Source of the DNA: Obrimoposthia wandeli
Taxonomy: Eukaryota
NCBI GenBank assembly: GCA_977020255.1
Contig: CDROCS010000152.1
Location: 310,001 to 374,000 of the forward strand
Direction: 5' to 3'
DNA length: 64,000 nt
Shown here: positions 1-12,207 of the stretch, piece by piece
Position numbering within the stretch: position 1 is the first letter of the stretch
Layout: each line of letters starts with the position of its first letter
The notes under the pieces: model-generated
Told to the model about the DNA's origin: nothing
The model's database searches: none
The model's input: only the letters and a program-made list of their open reading frames with translations
Program-made: the position numbers and the translations under genes

Positions 1-751
1 TTTTTTAAACAAATTAATTAATAAAATTTATTTAAATTTATGAAATTCTTAGTATGATTTTTACAACAATTTACCCTTTACCCATAGATATTTCTTCGTC
101 TTTTATCTCTTTGTTCAAAATCTGCTAAATTGATAGAAACTTAGCTGGGGTGGGTATTAAAATTGTTGAAGTCCAGAAATAATAACTCATTTATTTTACT
201 TTGCATCAACTTAGTCTCGTTGAGCCTAAGTAATTTGAAATATTTCAATCTCGATTTTTAATTAAAAATGACAAACCATTGAAGATGTAAATAATTAATA
301 CACATACTCATATTGTGTTCACAACTAGTGTTTCTCCATTTAATAAACTGACAAAATTGACTCTCACTATCAGCTATGTTATAAATATTTATAAGATATC
401 CTTCAGTATTTCTATTTTTAGAATATATATTATGTAGATTTCCAATAAAATCTAAATGTTGTTTTTATTGTAAAGTAGAACCTCAATTATCAAGATTAAT
501 TTTAAAGTTCTTAATATGAATTACATATAAATGTCGCACTTTCTTTAGAAAGTGGAAGTATACTTTAAATATGAAACTTTTAAAACTATTTCATCTAACT
601 CTAAAATGAATTATTGGTTGTTCTCCATAATCGCTAAATATGGAGTTCGGTCAATAATTTAGTAATCGAGCCTTCAATTTTTGGTAATTCGAAATATAAT
701 TTTAGTATTTCAGATTTATAGGCAAATATTTTACGTGACGTTTTGCGAAAT

Positions 752-1075
752 TTATCTACCACTTCTAAGTAATTTATGTTTGGTTACTGATGACATAGTA
801 TAAATTAGATAAAAATAAAACAAAAGCTTGTTGAATCGCAACATGATCAGTTGTTGGATACTTTCCTCACCCAGACTACATCTGTGATCTGTCAAAATGT
901 TCTTGTAAGATGAAAATGTCCTCTCAACTTCCACTGAATTAATTGTCGAGGTCAACATTGCAGGAAATTTAGTTCTGGTTTCTTGTTTAATATAGTGACC
1001 GGATTAGCTGCCATTTCAGCGTCAAAGTTACTCTTCATGTTAGTCAAATCAGCAATGGCATTAGCAACTCGCTAC
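752..1075 (-). mobile_element. Decayed hAT-like transposase C-terminal fragment
   Basis: Translation SVEVERTFSSYKNILTDHRCSLGEESIQQLIML resembles the hAT dimerisation motif (ERxFSxxKxILTDxRxxL). It is fragmentary. Confidence 0.5.
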
Positions 1076-1436
1076 TCTCACACAACTCACATTTGATGAA
1101 TGTATTACTACTCGATGGTGATTTTCTAAATACTTTCAACTTCAAATGGAATGGTAAAACACTCGACAACAAGGTCTTATTTGTTCACATACTGAGCATA
1201 TTATGCAGAATTAGTTTCACAGCCAATACAGTTCGAATATGTATTCCAATTAAATGCAAATTGACCAAACCGAAATTGGTATGGCACTATATTGACAAGG
1301 CGGGAAATAAAAACATGTAATCCCGCTTTCAGTTCTTCTGGTAGGGTTCCATCAAATTAAAAACCAACTCCTGATCCATAAATAAATTTATTTCCTTTCA
1401 AATTCAAATCAATAAGAATCAAGAAATCAATGTTAT

Positions 1437-1511
1437 AAGTAGGGGGATGTGTCCGGTCTAATCCACATCCTCCCCCTGGGGGTGGATTAGACCGGACATT
1501 TCCACCTACTT
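1437..1511. repeat. 75-bp hairpin / collapsed inverted repeat
   Basis: 1437-1466 and 1482-1511 are reverse complements at 27 of 30 positions (core tgtccggtctaatccac / gtggattagaccggaca) around a 15-nt loop. Confidence 0.9.
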
Positions 1512-3149
1512 TTATCGATTTGCATATTTGAATATACAGTTATAAATTACACATACACATACGTACACGCAACTCACACAGTTCACGAAACAAAGCCCTC
1601 TTTTTATATCCTCAGTCATTCTTTACCCTTCTTCTCTGAAACATCTGACCTCACTCAGAACAGGCACTGTTGCGTACTTTGGGTTTGAATACTATATTTA
1701 TAAAGGATGTACGTGCTTCTCCCGAAAACCAGGTAATGGAGTGCCACATGTAATGATTCATTACACCTATGATGAAATTTCCTCAAATCACAACACATAT
1801 CCAGATTCAATTGGGAATAAATATCAAAGCAATTTTACCTTAACAACAAATTTACGAACTTTAGTAAACCCCCTTTCGTTCTGTCTAATTTCACAGCCCA
1901 CGGTTGATTGGCCATCAATTAAGACACACCAAACCAACCGAGGTCACAGGCAAATGGGGAAATGGAAATTGATTATATCAACTTTGGCTGTTTGGTCTTT
2001 GTTCGTACGCCATTGTACACAAAGAACTCCGGTACTGAATCTGCGGGTGAAATATTAAATACATTAATCAACATTTTTCTTTCATTTTGTCGGCTAAAAA
2101 CTAAGTTTTCTTCAGTGTAGAGATGAATTAAAAGAAACTTTTCACAGCTCGAGGTGCGGCTTCATTCGTGACACATTGCGGAGTTAAACCTTTGGCACAT
2201 CACGATGTTTGGTTATGAAATAAGACAACAATTTTCGAGAGCACAATTTTACACTGATTTCAAATATTAAAGAATTTTGTAAAAATCAAAATGGAGATTT
2301 TCAAATTATTATACATATATGACATAAGTGCCATGTCGTGGCTGATAACTACTGAACTTAAAAAGGTGCTCCAATAAAACTACAATATGCTATCAAATAA
2401 GAATTATTTTACTATTATTTTAAGTAAATAATTTGTGGACAATTTGTGAGAAAAGTAGGAGCAGATTAAAATATATTTTAGTGCGAATCGACATAAAAAC
2501 GATCTAGAAACTCAATTTTATAAAAAGGAAAAAAATCTATTTTGTTGTACTGTGTTTTATCATGTGAATATCTGCAAAATCCCGTTTCTACTTCAATTGA
2601 AACCGCTCCGTTTTATTACGACAAAACTCGAGAGATTTTCGTACAATTCACAAAAAGTATCTTATTATAAAATGTTAATTTAATTCCCCAAAACATTCAC
2701 ATAATGTTGGAATTTTCACCTAAGGTTATCACAATTGAAATTGTTTATAGAATTCATCGAAGTTATTTCTTTTACAGTAACATTTGATTGTTGAAAAGCA
2801 AGGCAAGTGTTCAGTGCTAAGTTCAATATGCATCCACTGCATCATAGTGAAAGGAGGATTTCCAACAAATAAAACCTTTACTGATAATCCTTACACATTT
2901 CAAAGTCAAGTAAGCTGAGCAGTTGATTTTTCTGTTTCCTCTATTAACAAAACGCGTGAACTTTTGCCAACGTATACTTGCAAACGCAACATTGTTCCAT
3001 TTAAATGGATTTGTTAATAAACACGGTAGATTCATGCAGAGCAGATAAAACCCACATGGCATAGATGAGAAATCATTGAAATCTCCAACAATCACGTGTT
3101 CGGGCATGATCTCTCTTATTGTTGAAAGTCACCTGGCATGCTGATGCAG

Positions 3150-3326
3150 ATGAATAATTTTGTGGAAACAGTTATTAAAACAGTCAACTTTATCCGTGAA
3201 AGAGCGCTAAACTATCACAAATTTGTACACCTTTTAAAGAAGTTGGAAGTGAAGGTTGAATATATTTGGTCATAATAATGACATAGGTTACGTCGAGGAG
3301 GTATTCTACAACGTTTATTTATTAAA
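3150..3326 (+). mobile_element. hAT (Charlie/SPIN, GTF2IRD2-like) transposase fragment
   Basis: MNNFVETVIKTVNFIRERALNYHKFVHLL...HRLRRGGILQRLF matches the family pattern VVKTVNFIRxRALNHRQF...RWLSRGKVLxRF; contains in-frame stops. Confidence 0.75.
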
Positions 3327-4559
3327 ATTTCATTAAACGATTTTAAGAACCCTCGGATGAGCACCCGATCCACTTATGGTTCGAGTTTGAGGCACGTTTA
3401 TGTCATAAATGTGGTCAAAGATTATTTCATAAGCGCTCCCAAATTCCTGCATCAGTAATGTAGAAAACGTCAGGAAAGTTGTGGGACAATTAACTGATTC
3501 CATCTCTGTTAACTTGGCTGGTTGTTGGTCAGTCTCGTGTAACAAAGATCATCCGGCTTCAATTAGCTAGTGTGAAACAACATTGTGGAGGACATGTACG
3601 CTCCCCTAACAAGTCATTAGGCATCTTAAGCTTTTTTGGAACTTTCAAGATTTATTAAAACAGAGGAAATTTCCAATACAGGTTTTTGTTTTTAATCATT
3701 TTTTTGTTAATTAAAAGTTGTTCACTATTTCAACTATAAACAATCAATAATATGGGTACATAAAAAAGTAAAGTTATGTTCTATGAGACCACGGAAGGGA
3801 TTTATTTTTAATTACAAATAAACATACATGTAATAAACACTAAAATACACACACAGGCTGTAATACCAATAAATGTATACATTAGTATAGTTACAATGAC
3901 TTGTTTTCAATCTATTAACTCATTATAATGAAGTGAAACTGATGTGTTTTGATTTTCTTTTTTATTTGGCACCAGAGAGAGAGACACCAAAGTAGTTAGC
4001 CGAGTCCAGCTTCCCGGATAACATTACTCGATTGAAGCTATATCTTAGTGAAACATTTTCACAGTTTTGAGGAAGGAACTCATTTTAACAGAAAAAGACC
4101 ATTTAGATACTTTTTTACAGAACGTTAGATGTGATAGCAAAAATAGTTTTGAAATCAGATCTAAAGTGATTATTGAATATTATATTGATTTTATCGGACA
4201 AATGGCTGATTATAAATATAGAAACTTGTATTACACCGACAAAAATACCAAATTAGTATGCTATTTGCACTGTATTGTTGCAAGATACTCGACATAAAAT
4301 TTAGACTTTTGTAATCAAAAAGTTATCAAATACTCGCTAATTTAACAATTTCTTGACAATATTTAATTGTACTGTATTTGTCGGGGTTTTCTATCGAAAT
4401 TTAGAATCCTCGGATGGAGGCCTCCAACGTGAGTTCTGTAGTGATAGGGCTTACATATGGATGTGGCTTACCTGTTCTAATATCTGAAGGTTTGTTGTGT
4501 TGTGTTCAGTATAACTCGACCATCTCTTAAACTATTGTTGTGTTGTGTTGAGCTGATTC

Positions 4560-5333
4560 AATAATACTTCTACATTGACTACTGGAAGATGCTCTAAATT
4601 CTCTGAGGTGCCACTCGCGCAAATGACACTACCTTTCAGTTTTTTGCAAACTTGTTATCAATATTAATTTTCTTTGGGAATGCCGGTGACAAATAACCAA
4701 CTTCATCGCAAATATAGCACTTTTGACATTCAGATACAGTGCATTCTTGACTACCGTGACCTTTGCCAGACCAATAACATTTCATTTGTTTTCTGTTACT
4801 GGAAACTTCGCAAACGTGTTATTAGGAAATTTATTGCGACTTGTCGACAGCAAGCATACTTCTGCATATATTTTAACAAGACATCTTGCGTGACATACCA
4901 CCTCACTCAACTTACAAATTTTCCACTGAACACGCTGCCCTTATTTGTGACTTGATCTTCTCAGGTAATCCAGCAATGAAATCCCACTTCATCAAGCAAT
5001 CGTTGACTAAATAATTATATATCAACTTTACCAATTGATTTAGGTCTGCGAAGTACATATTGACAGATTTACCAACCTTCTTCTCGTTAGTTCTTCATAT
5101 GCAGAGCAAGAAACCACAGAAAATGCATTTGTCAGTACTTATTTGACATTTTCATAATCCTCTCGGCCGCTTTCTTTCATTCCCATATACCAACCACCAC
5201 ATAGAAATAACGACACCAAATTCGCCACATTCTTCACCTTCTGCAGACGGGACACCAATACTAATTTCTGTAGCTACTCGGAAATATCCCCAGTTCCGTC
5301 GTATTGTTTCGGCATGTCTGAAACTTTCATCAT
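4560..5333 (-). mobile_element. Ty3/Gypsy gag remnant with two zinc knuckles
   Basis: Manual translation gives MKVSDMPKQYDGTGDISE*LQKLVLVSRLQKVKNVANLVSLFL, then FIAGLPEKIKSQIRAACSVENL, then KCYWSGKGHGSQEC and KCYICDEVGYLSPAFP (degenerate CCHC knuckles). Stops and frameshifts are present. Confidence 0.75.
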
Positions 5334-5929
5334 ACTTAGCGTTCATCTTGAAGTCTACTTGCCGAAGTATTCACTTCACTTTCGCCGTAATGGCTTGTAA
5401 TGAGTAAAAACAACTAAAGCTTCTAACAATTTGTTATTTGAATTTCAGCCCATATATTAAAACAACTGACACAAAATGTCGAATTACATATTTTACCACA
5501 CGATTTTCAATATTACAGTATATACAATTTTATAAATAGTCAAATAAAATTTAACTAAAATTTCGATATCTCGTTAAGACTAATTGGACGTCGATCAAAT
5601 GAAAATAATTACAAGAAAAAAAATACACGTAGTAAATTTAAGCTTAATTTAATTCAAATAAAAAATCGTTTAAAATGGGGTAGGAATCATTCCATGTGGA
5701 GAGAAACATAATTGATCAAAAATATTTTGGTCAAATGACGTCTATTAATAACTTTAGGCTAGACCAGGCGAGGAGGTTCACAGTAATGGTGGCAAATAAA
5801 CGATATTAATTACAATCAGGATTGGTGGTTGAAGTAACTTATATATTATTGAACAGACTATGAATTCAGAAAGACACATTGAGTTGTTGAAAAATTACAT
5901 TTACCCAATATCATTGGAAAATGGCGATT

Positions 5930-6239
5930 CTAAAATAGATTGGTTATGTAAGAACAATAAAGCACCTAGGCATAAGAGTAACTTAACACAACCTTTCAAA
6001 GATCAAATGGGATCATGAACAATCATGTGGACTCAAAATTCCCCTTATCAGAATCCAATGGAAATTTTTAGTTTTTGAAAGCAAAAAAACAAACAAAAAT
6101 ATAATATAATGACAATTTCGAATGTTGAGGAAAATGTGCGATAGAAAGTTGGGATAAAATACCACAAGAATTTATGTACAGCATGACAAATAGAGTGAGG
6201 AAAGTTTTAGAGAACAAAGGAAAAAATATTAAATATTAG
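5930..6239 (+). mobile_element. Tc1-like transposase C-terminal remnant
   Basis: WTQNSPYQNPMEIF resembles WPxxSPDLNPIE, and the end SMTNRVRKVLENKGKNIKY* resembles the Tc1 C-terminus SMPxRxxAVIxAKGxxTKY*. Confidence 0.7.
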
Positions 6240-6839
6240 CCGTGTTACAAATATATATTTTTTATTGTTTAATTATTTTATTGATCTACCAGTTACAATT
6301 TTTCAGATGTATATTTTTATAACCAATACTAAAAATGTATATAATCATTCCTACTTCTTAAAAGTAGTATATTTTCAAAGAAATAATAATATTTTTACAT
6401 AATGTTTAATATTTTCTGAAATCAGTGCACACAAACATATGTAAATAGCAAGTATGTGCTTTATCGAAAACAAGATTCTGCACACAGGTCTAAGTTCTAA
6501 TAAGTACGTGTGATGTTCAATTCTGTAGAAGAATATGAATTATGATAGTTCAAGGTCCTTAAAAATTTCATTTTGGAATTAGTTTAACTTTGACAATTGT
6601 TACATATTCTTTACTCTTGAAACCATTGGGGGATACAAGTTATGACTAGATGATTTCTCCGTCACACCCTTGCCATCATTGTCTCGTAAGTTTTACGACA
6701 ACTGAAACTAATTAATGCGAGTTTACTTATTCAATGCAAAATTAATTAAACGACATAAACAATGACATATTTAATATAGCGATCATATCTAATAAATCAA
6801 TGATTTATTGCTCAAAGGTGCTTTCTGTTTTCCATTATT

Positions 6840-7330
6840 CTTTGTAATATTTTCTGAATAGTAAAGTCTTTAATAGCTTCTTGAATTTTAGCACATTGTT
6901 AAAGTTTCTTATATTCACTGGTAGATGTTTGTAAAGATTCAGAGCATAAATTTCAAATATTCCCTCACTCTGTTTGTTAATTGAAATTTTCTTAACTTAT
7001 CTACAGTCATCATCATTGCTCCTAAGATGCATATACGTTCACTGCACCAGGTGTGGGAAAGTCATATAAAGATTTGAGATTTTTTGAGAGAATACAATTT
7101 TTCTAAAATGTAGGATTTCGAATTCAATTCTTGTAATTATCGGTAGCCAATGGAGCTCTAGCTCACTTGTTCTATCACTTTTTTAATTGAGAAATATTTC
7201 TGGCTGTTTTGCTTTATATTTTTAGCAAGCGATTTAATTGATGAACTGGAATATTAAAAAGTAAAGAATTTTGAAAATCAAGTCCTGAGGTAATAATTAC
7301 ATGCGTTAGCATTGTAGTTATTTAAGTAGT
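6840..7330 (-). mobile_element. L2/CR1-type LINE ORF2 3-prime remnant
   Basis: Fragments ITSGLDFQNSLLFNIP (cf. ISSRLDYCNSLL), ELHWLPIITRIEFEIL (cf. ELHWLPxxxRIxFKIL) and LNLYKHLPVNIRNFNNVLKFKKLLKTLLF. Confidence 0.75.
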
Positions 7331-9499
7331 AAGTTTAAATAAGTTAACCTTAGTTTTATTTTTCTTCATCTTAGATTGTCTAGATTTCATTAATCGAGCT
7401 ATTTCATTACAAATTACAAACTTACTGGAAAATTCTGTTTGTCAGTTAACTAATTTTAACAACTTTGGAGCTTTCAGAATATGTGCTACTTATTGATAAA
7501 TTTATTTTATGTATGTTTAGCATATTTCATACTCAGTTTTAATTCTTGTAGAAATAACATTCGTTGGTAATCTTATCTTTTTATGTTTTGGAGTAAAGAT
7601 ATTGAACTGTAATTCTCGAAAAGTGCAGAATTCTTGTAATTTGGCATTAAGAATCATGTTAAACCGTTCAAAAGTAGTAATGAAAAAAATGTTCCTTGAC
7701 TTAAATTTAATTTAAAAATCACTATATTTTAATATACTCCCTTTATTAGATTTTATAAATCCAAATTGCCCAATTAATTATTAATGACTATTGTCAGTAG
7801 TTTACATTTCTATATTTGAATATTTATATTATTCAAAATTTTAATTTAGAAAATTTTGATTTGATAAACAGTTTGGTTCACACAATATTTTAATTTTTTA
7901 CAAAAATTTCATCGACCTTTTTTATTGTTTTAAAATAATTTATTTTTTAAAACGTAATAAATAAAATGTTTTGTATTTTATAGAAAAACTCCTATAAACA
8001 TTTAATAAACTAATGAATGGTATTTTATAAGTAACGATCTATAGAATGCTTAATATTAAAAGTAGTACAAAGATACTTAAACTCTTCACAACTATATTTA
8101 AAAGAAATAATTTCAACTTCACTTTTATAATTTAATATATAAGTAAAAATATATTCGTGTTGTTTCGTGGTTGTATTGTTGCCTTTTATAACTTGAAAAT
8201 TGATAAAGTTATTTGAAATATTGAAGCTACTTGGTATGGATAAAATATATCGTGATTCGTAAAAAGAAAAAATATTTGAATACAAATTGTTATATTTCGG
8301 TAACACTTGTATTTCTCCACATAGCATCCTTTGTTTTCCACATATTTTCAAGGCAATGCATAGTAGCCTTTTTGAAGAATTTGTTCACTTCATTTTTGTT
8401 GGGAAGTGTGTAGCTCGTATATGTTTATCTTTAAGTCTTCTAAAACGCAGGAATTATTGAGATACGATCTGGGCTGTATAGGATACGTTGCAATATATTC
8501 AATACTTTGACTCAATTACTGAGGTTGGGGTATTTGTTATTTTCGTATTAATATTCTTGTTTCACTCACAAGTCTTGAATAATATTCGGAATTAATTGCT
8601 GCAGTCATGGAATTCAGTTTCATTATTAGAGATCCGGTTCAGAATACACTCAAGTTCAACTATGGAATAAAGAAATTAATTTATTTTTGTCTTATGTAAT
8701 AATGCTATCTAAAAACTTTACCCCGAATCATCAAAGAGTCTCAAATTTGAGAAATACTGTATGCAGACTAAGAAAATCTAAATATGTTCTGAAATGTCTT
8801 CTTAGATAATAACGTTTTATTGTAAGCTATCTTTGGGTTACTTTCCTTTTTTTGAATGATTTTTGTGAGATATTCATTTTTCCTGTCATAAACACTTTGT
8901 AGTCATGTAGTTCGGTAGGTATGTGGAAGGATGGATTCTAGATCACTTGACTCCCCTGTATGCGCACACAATGTTTAAGGGTGTCACACCATAAGGGTGC
9001 ATCGCCATAAGGGTCTGGCTCAGAAAGGTTATGAAGGTTTAGAGGTATGGTCGTGACAGTATATGGTTGGCCAACATACCCAAGGAATTGTGGTCGTCCA
9101 TAGATGAAAGGGTTGGGCTCAGTTATGACTTGAAGTTTTGAAGGTATGGTTATGACCATTTATAGTTGACCAACACATCTATAGTATTCAATCAATTACG
9201 CTATGTGAAAATTTAGGTCAAAGTTTTCGAAAGGCTTACGCATCTAAAGGATTAAGGTAAAATTTATTTATATAACTTAAATTATCTATAAAAAATAAAA
9301 ATAAAATAATATCATTAATAAATATATTTATATACAATTTATATAATCACTAAATAGAGAAAAATAAAATATAAAATAAGAAAGATGTCAGAGAATAATA
9401 CAAAATTAAACACATGTATTATGTAATTTCTAAATGTTCATAAGCGCGGCTTCTATTTTTCTCGATCTAATAGCGTTTGTCGTCTGTTGAGCTGAGAGC

Positions 9500-11010
9500 A
9501 GTCTTTTGTATTATGATTGTGTATAGTTGATGATTTATTGTTCCAAACTTCTTTTGTGGTATAGTATATGCAATACTGTTTTCTCACACGTCCAAATATG
9601 TTTGATGTACAACCGTTGACCCCTTAAGATTTACTCCTTTTGCTTTATTATTTTCAAATTCATCTTCAAACTTAAGTGAGTAACATTTACAAAGTAAGAA
9701 AATCGATTCTTTATACATTCTTCCTTCCGATTCTTCCTTCCGATTCATCTTTAAATAATCCTTTTTTATTATTAAATTCATTAGAATACAATGGATCATT
9801 CACATTATAATTTAACGTATCTATTGCTCCATCTGCAATCATTTAAGGCAACAACTGATTTTTTAAATTAACATCTTTACATTCTAAAAAGAATGAATCA
9901 GTATATCCGGCAATTATATTAATAGTGATCTGCAATTTTGTAAATCCTGATACTGAAGAGTATACATTCGTAATTTGCTAAGATCTAGTACAGCTTGGCC
10001 AATGTAGTTTGGTCAATCGATACAAAAAATTATTTTCTTAATAAAACAGCTATTAAATTATCATGAATTTCAATTGTTCGTCGAAACATAGGTTTGCTAG
10101 TATATGTGATTACTTTTGTAGAACTAGTACAGATGCGAAGATTCAACCGTTTCTTAACATTTTCAACCGTCATTCCATACAAACTAACATTTTTAAGTTT
10201 ATAAAAATCTTTGTCACATTTATTCGTTGCTTGAGATCTCATTTCGGAATTATATTCTATATATTCTGCGAATATCTTAGTCTGAGAGAACTTTACTGCT
10301 CAATGAATAATTGATACCACTGCTCCTAAACTAACATACATCTGCAATAGTCTCCAATGAATAACGTAATGACATTTTGGTGAATGTGCCATATAAAGTT
10401 TTTCAACTTTTTTACCAGGAGGACATTTATTTTCTGGAGCTATAGGAAGATCGTCTTAAACGTCATGAAGGTTTTCAGGTATTACCAAGTCTACCTCCAT
10501 AACATAACCATATTCGATATGTTCCATGTCCACATTTTTTATTTCATTGAATATTTCGTTTAATTTTATATCATCAAGAATCCATTCAAAATCTCCTTTT
10601 GGTTAAGGTTAATCAAGAGCCCATCCATATAAATTATTAACATCTATATATAAAAGACTCGTTTCTTCATCAGCAACTATATGATGCTTATTGAAAAATG
10701 TTATTCCTTCGCGTATACCCGAAGAAATCATGTTGTACATTTCAGGATCCTGCATCAGTTCAACCTTATGTTTTAACATTTTCAGAGCACTTGCCCAGCT
10801 CAACCCAGGAATGCTAAAAAGTTAAGTGGTTCTAAACCATCTTCGATGAGAGCTTTCCTTCTGAATGTTTAAAATACGTCAGCTAATAAATATACATCAA
10901 TCTTTAAGTAAACTAACATATAGTCCACCATATTTCTACAATTTGTTATTATGCAAACATCTTGTGCTTTTCGATATTCAGTGTCTGTGATTTTATCATT
11001 CCATTGTAAA
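9500..11010 (-). pseudogene. Polinton/Maverick-type protein-primed DNA polymerase B pseudogene
   Basis: Collinear motifs: YLKIDVYLLADVF; SIPGLSWASALKM; LLYIDVNNLYGWAL (motif A); KDFYKLKNVSLYGMTVENVKKR (motif B); GYTDSFFLE (degenerate YxDTDS motif C); NKAKGV. Broken by frameshifts and stops. Confidence 0.9.
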
Positions 11011-11040
11011 CTTGATTTTTTTTAAAAATCTGATGAATTT

Positions 11041-12207
11041 GAATTCTTTATTTTCAAAGAACATGGCTAAAGAAATATTTATTTATATAATTTGAGTATT
11101 AATAATATCCTATTTCCACTTTAAATATTGGAAAATATATTTAAAACATTTTATTTTTAAAACTGCAAAAATTAATTTTATACATGTTTTCTATTTGTAT
11201 CGAATATTGAAAAACAATATGCAAAACATATTTTTCAAAGTTACTGAATATTTTGTTTATACATTAGAATACCAAATCTTTAATTATATTATTTTATATG
11301 TAAATAAATCAAAGTATGTACATATTCGATTATCAACTTAATAGTAATACTTATATTTATTATTCGACTTTCTAAAATATTAAAAATCTCTTGTGAGAAC
11401 AAAAAAATTAATTATCGATTGTATGAATTAATACAAGTGTAAATGTAAATAAAATCTAGTACAATTAACAATGAATGCAAGTACAAGTATGAATGAATGT
11501 AGCTACAAGTACAAGTAAGAATGAAAATTAGTTAAAATATTAATGACTTTGAATGTTAGTTTGAATAAATGAGAGTTAGAATGAATATAAATGAATGCAA
11601 GTTATTGCGAATACAAGTAAGAGAGCAAGTGAATATAAAACTGCAAGTGAGTACTAGCTAATTATTAAATTAATAATATCAATCAATGAAGATGATTTAA
11701 CAATCTGATGAAAATTATAATAAAAAGATGTGAATTTTTACATTTTATTTTACCATCATATACTTTCTCTAAAGTTAACGGTTCATACACACTCACGTAA
11801 TTAAATAATTAAAATTTCTTATCTCGTTTGATAACATTTCTTAATTGAAATATTTTTTAAATAATTTGAATTCTTTATTTTCAAATAACTTGGTTAAAAA
11901 AAATATTCATAAATATAATTTGAAAATTATCATTATTCGTTTCTCTTTTTAAATATTCGAAAATATATTTATATATATATACAAATTTAGTAAATTAACT
12001 CAACAAAACAATTTTATTCTCTGTGTATCGAATATTGCAAAATTATTTCCAAATACATGAAAATAATAGAAAACAAACTGAAAGCTTTGTCAATAAATTA
12101 TAATACCAAATCTTTAATCACATTGTTTAATATGTAAATAAAACAAATTGTTCAAACAAATTAGATTATCATCTTAATACCTCAAAATATTATTCAACTT
12201 TCTAAAT
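11041..12207. repeat. Diverged direct duplication, about 340-bp units, 827-bp period
   Basis: 11041-11378 and 11868-12207 share ordered anchors such as gaattctttattttcaaa, tatcgaatattg, aataccaaatctttaat, tatgtaaataaa and ctttctaaa. Confidence 0.75.

Noticed and set aside
2823-3107. VIVGDFN motif suggesting a LINE endonuclease
   Set aside because: An isolated short match with no other EEP motifs; the adjacent plus strand is better explained as a hAT transposase.
3333-3545. ESVNCPTTFL resembling the Helitron helicase motif NYPTEFLN
   Set aside because: The following LxxxGxPPH motif is absent and there is no Rep or helicase context.
6650-6685. 36-bp phase-1/1 micro-exon candidate ending in GTAAGT
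   Set aside because: No pyrimidine tract at the acceptor and no recognisable peptide; cannot be supported without RNA data.
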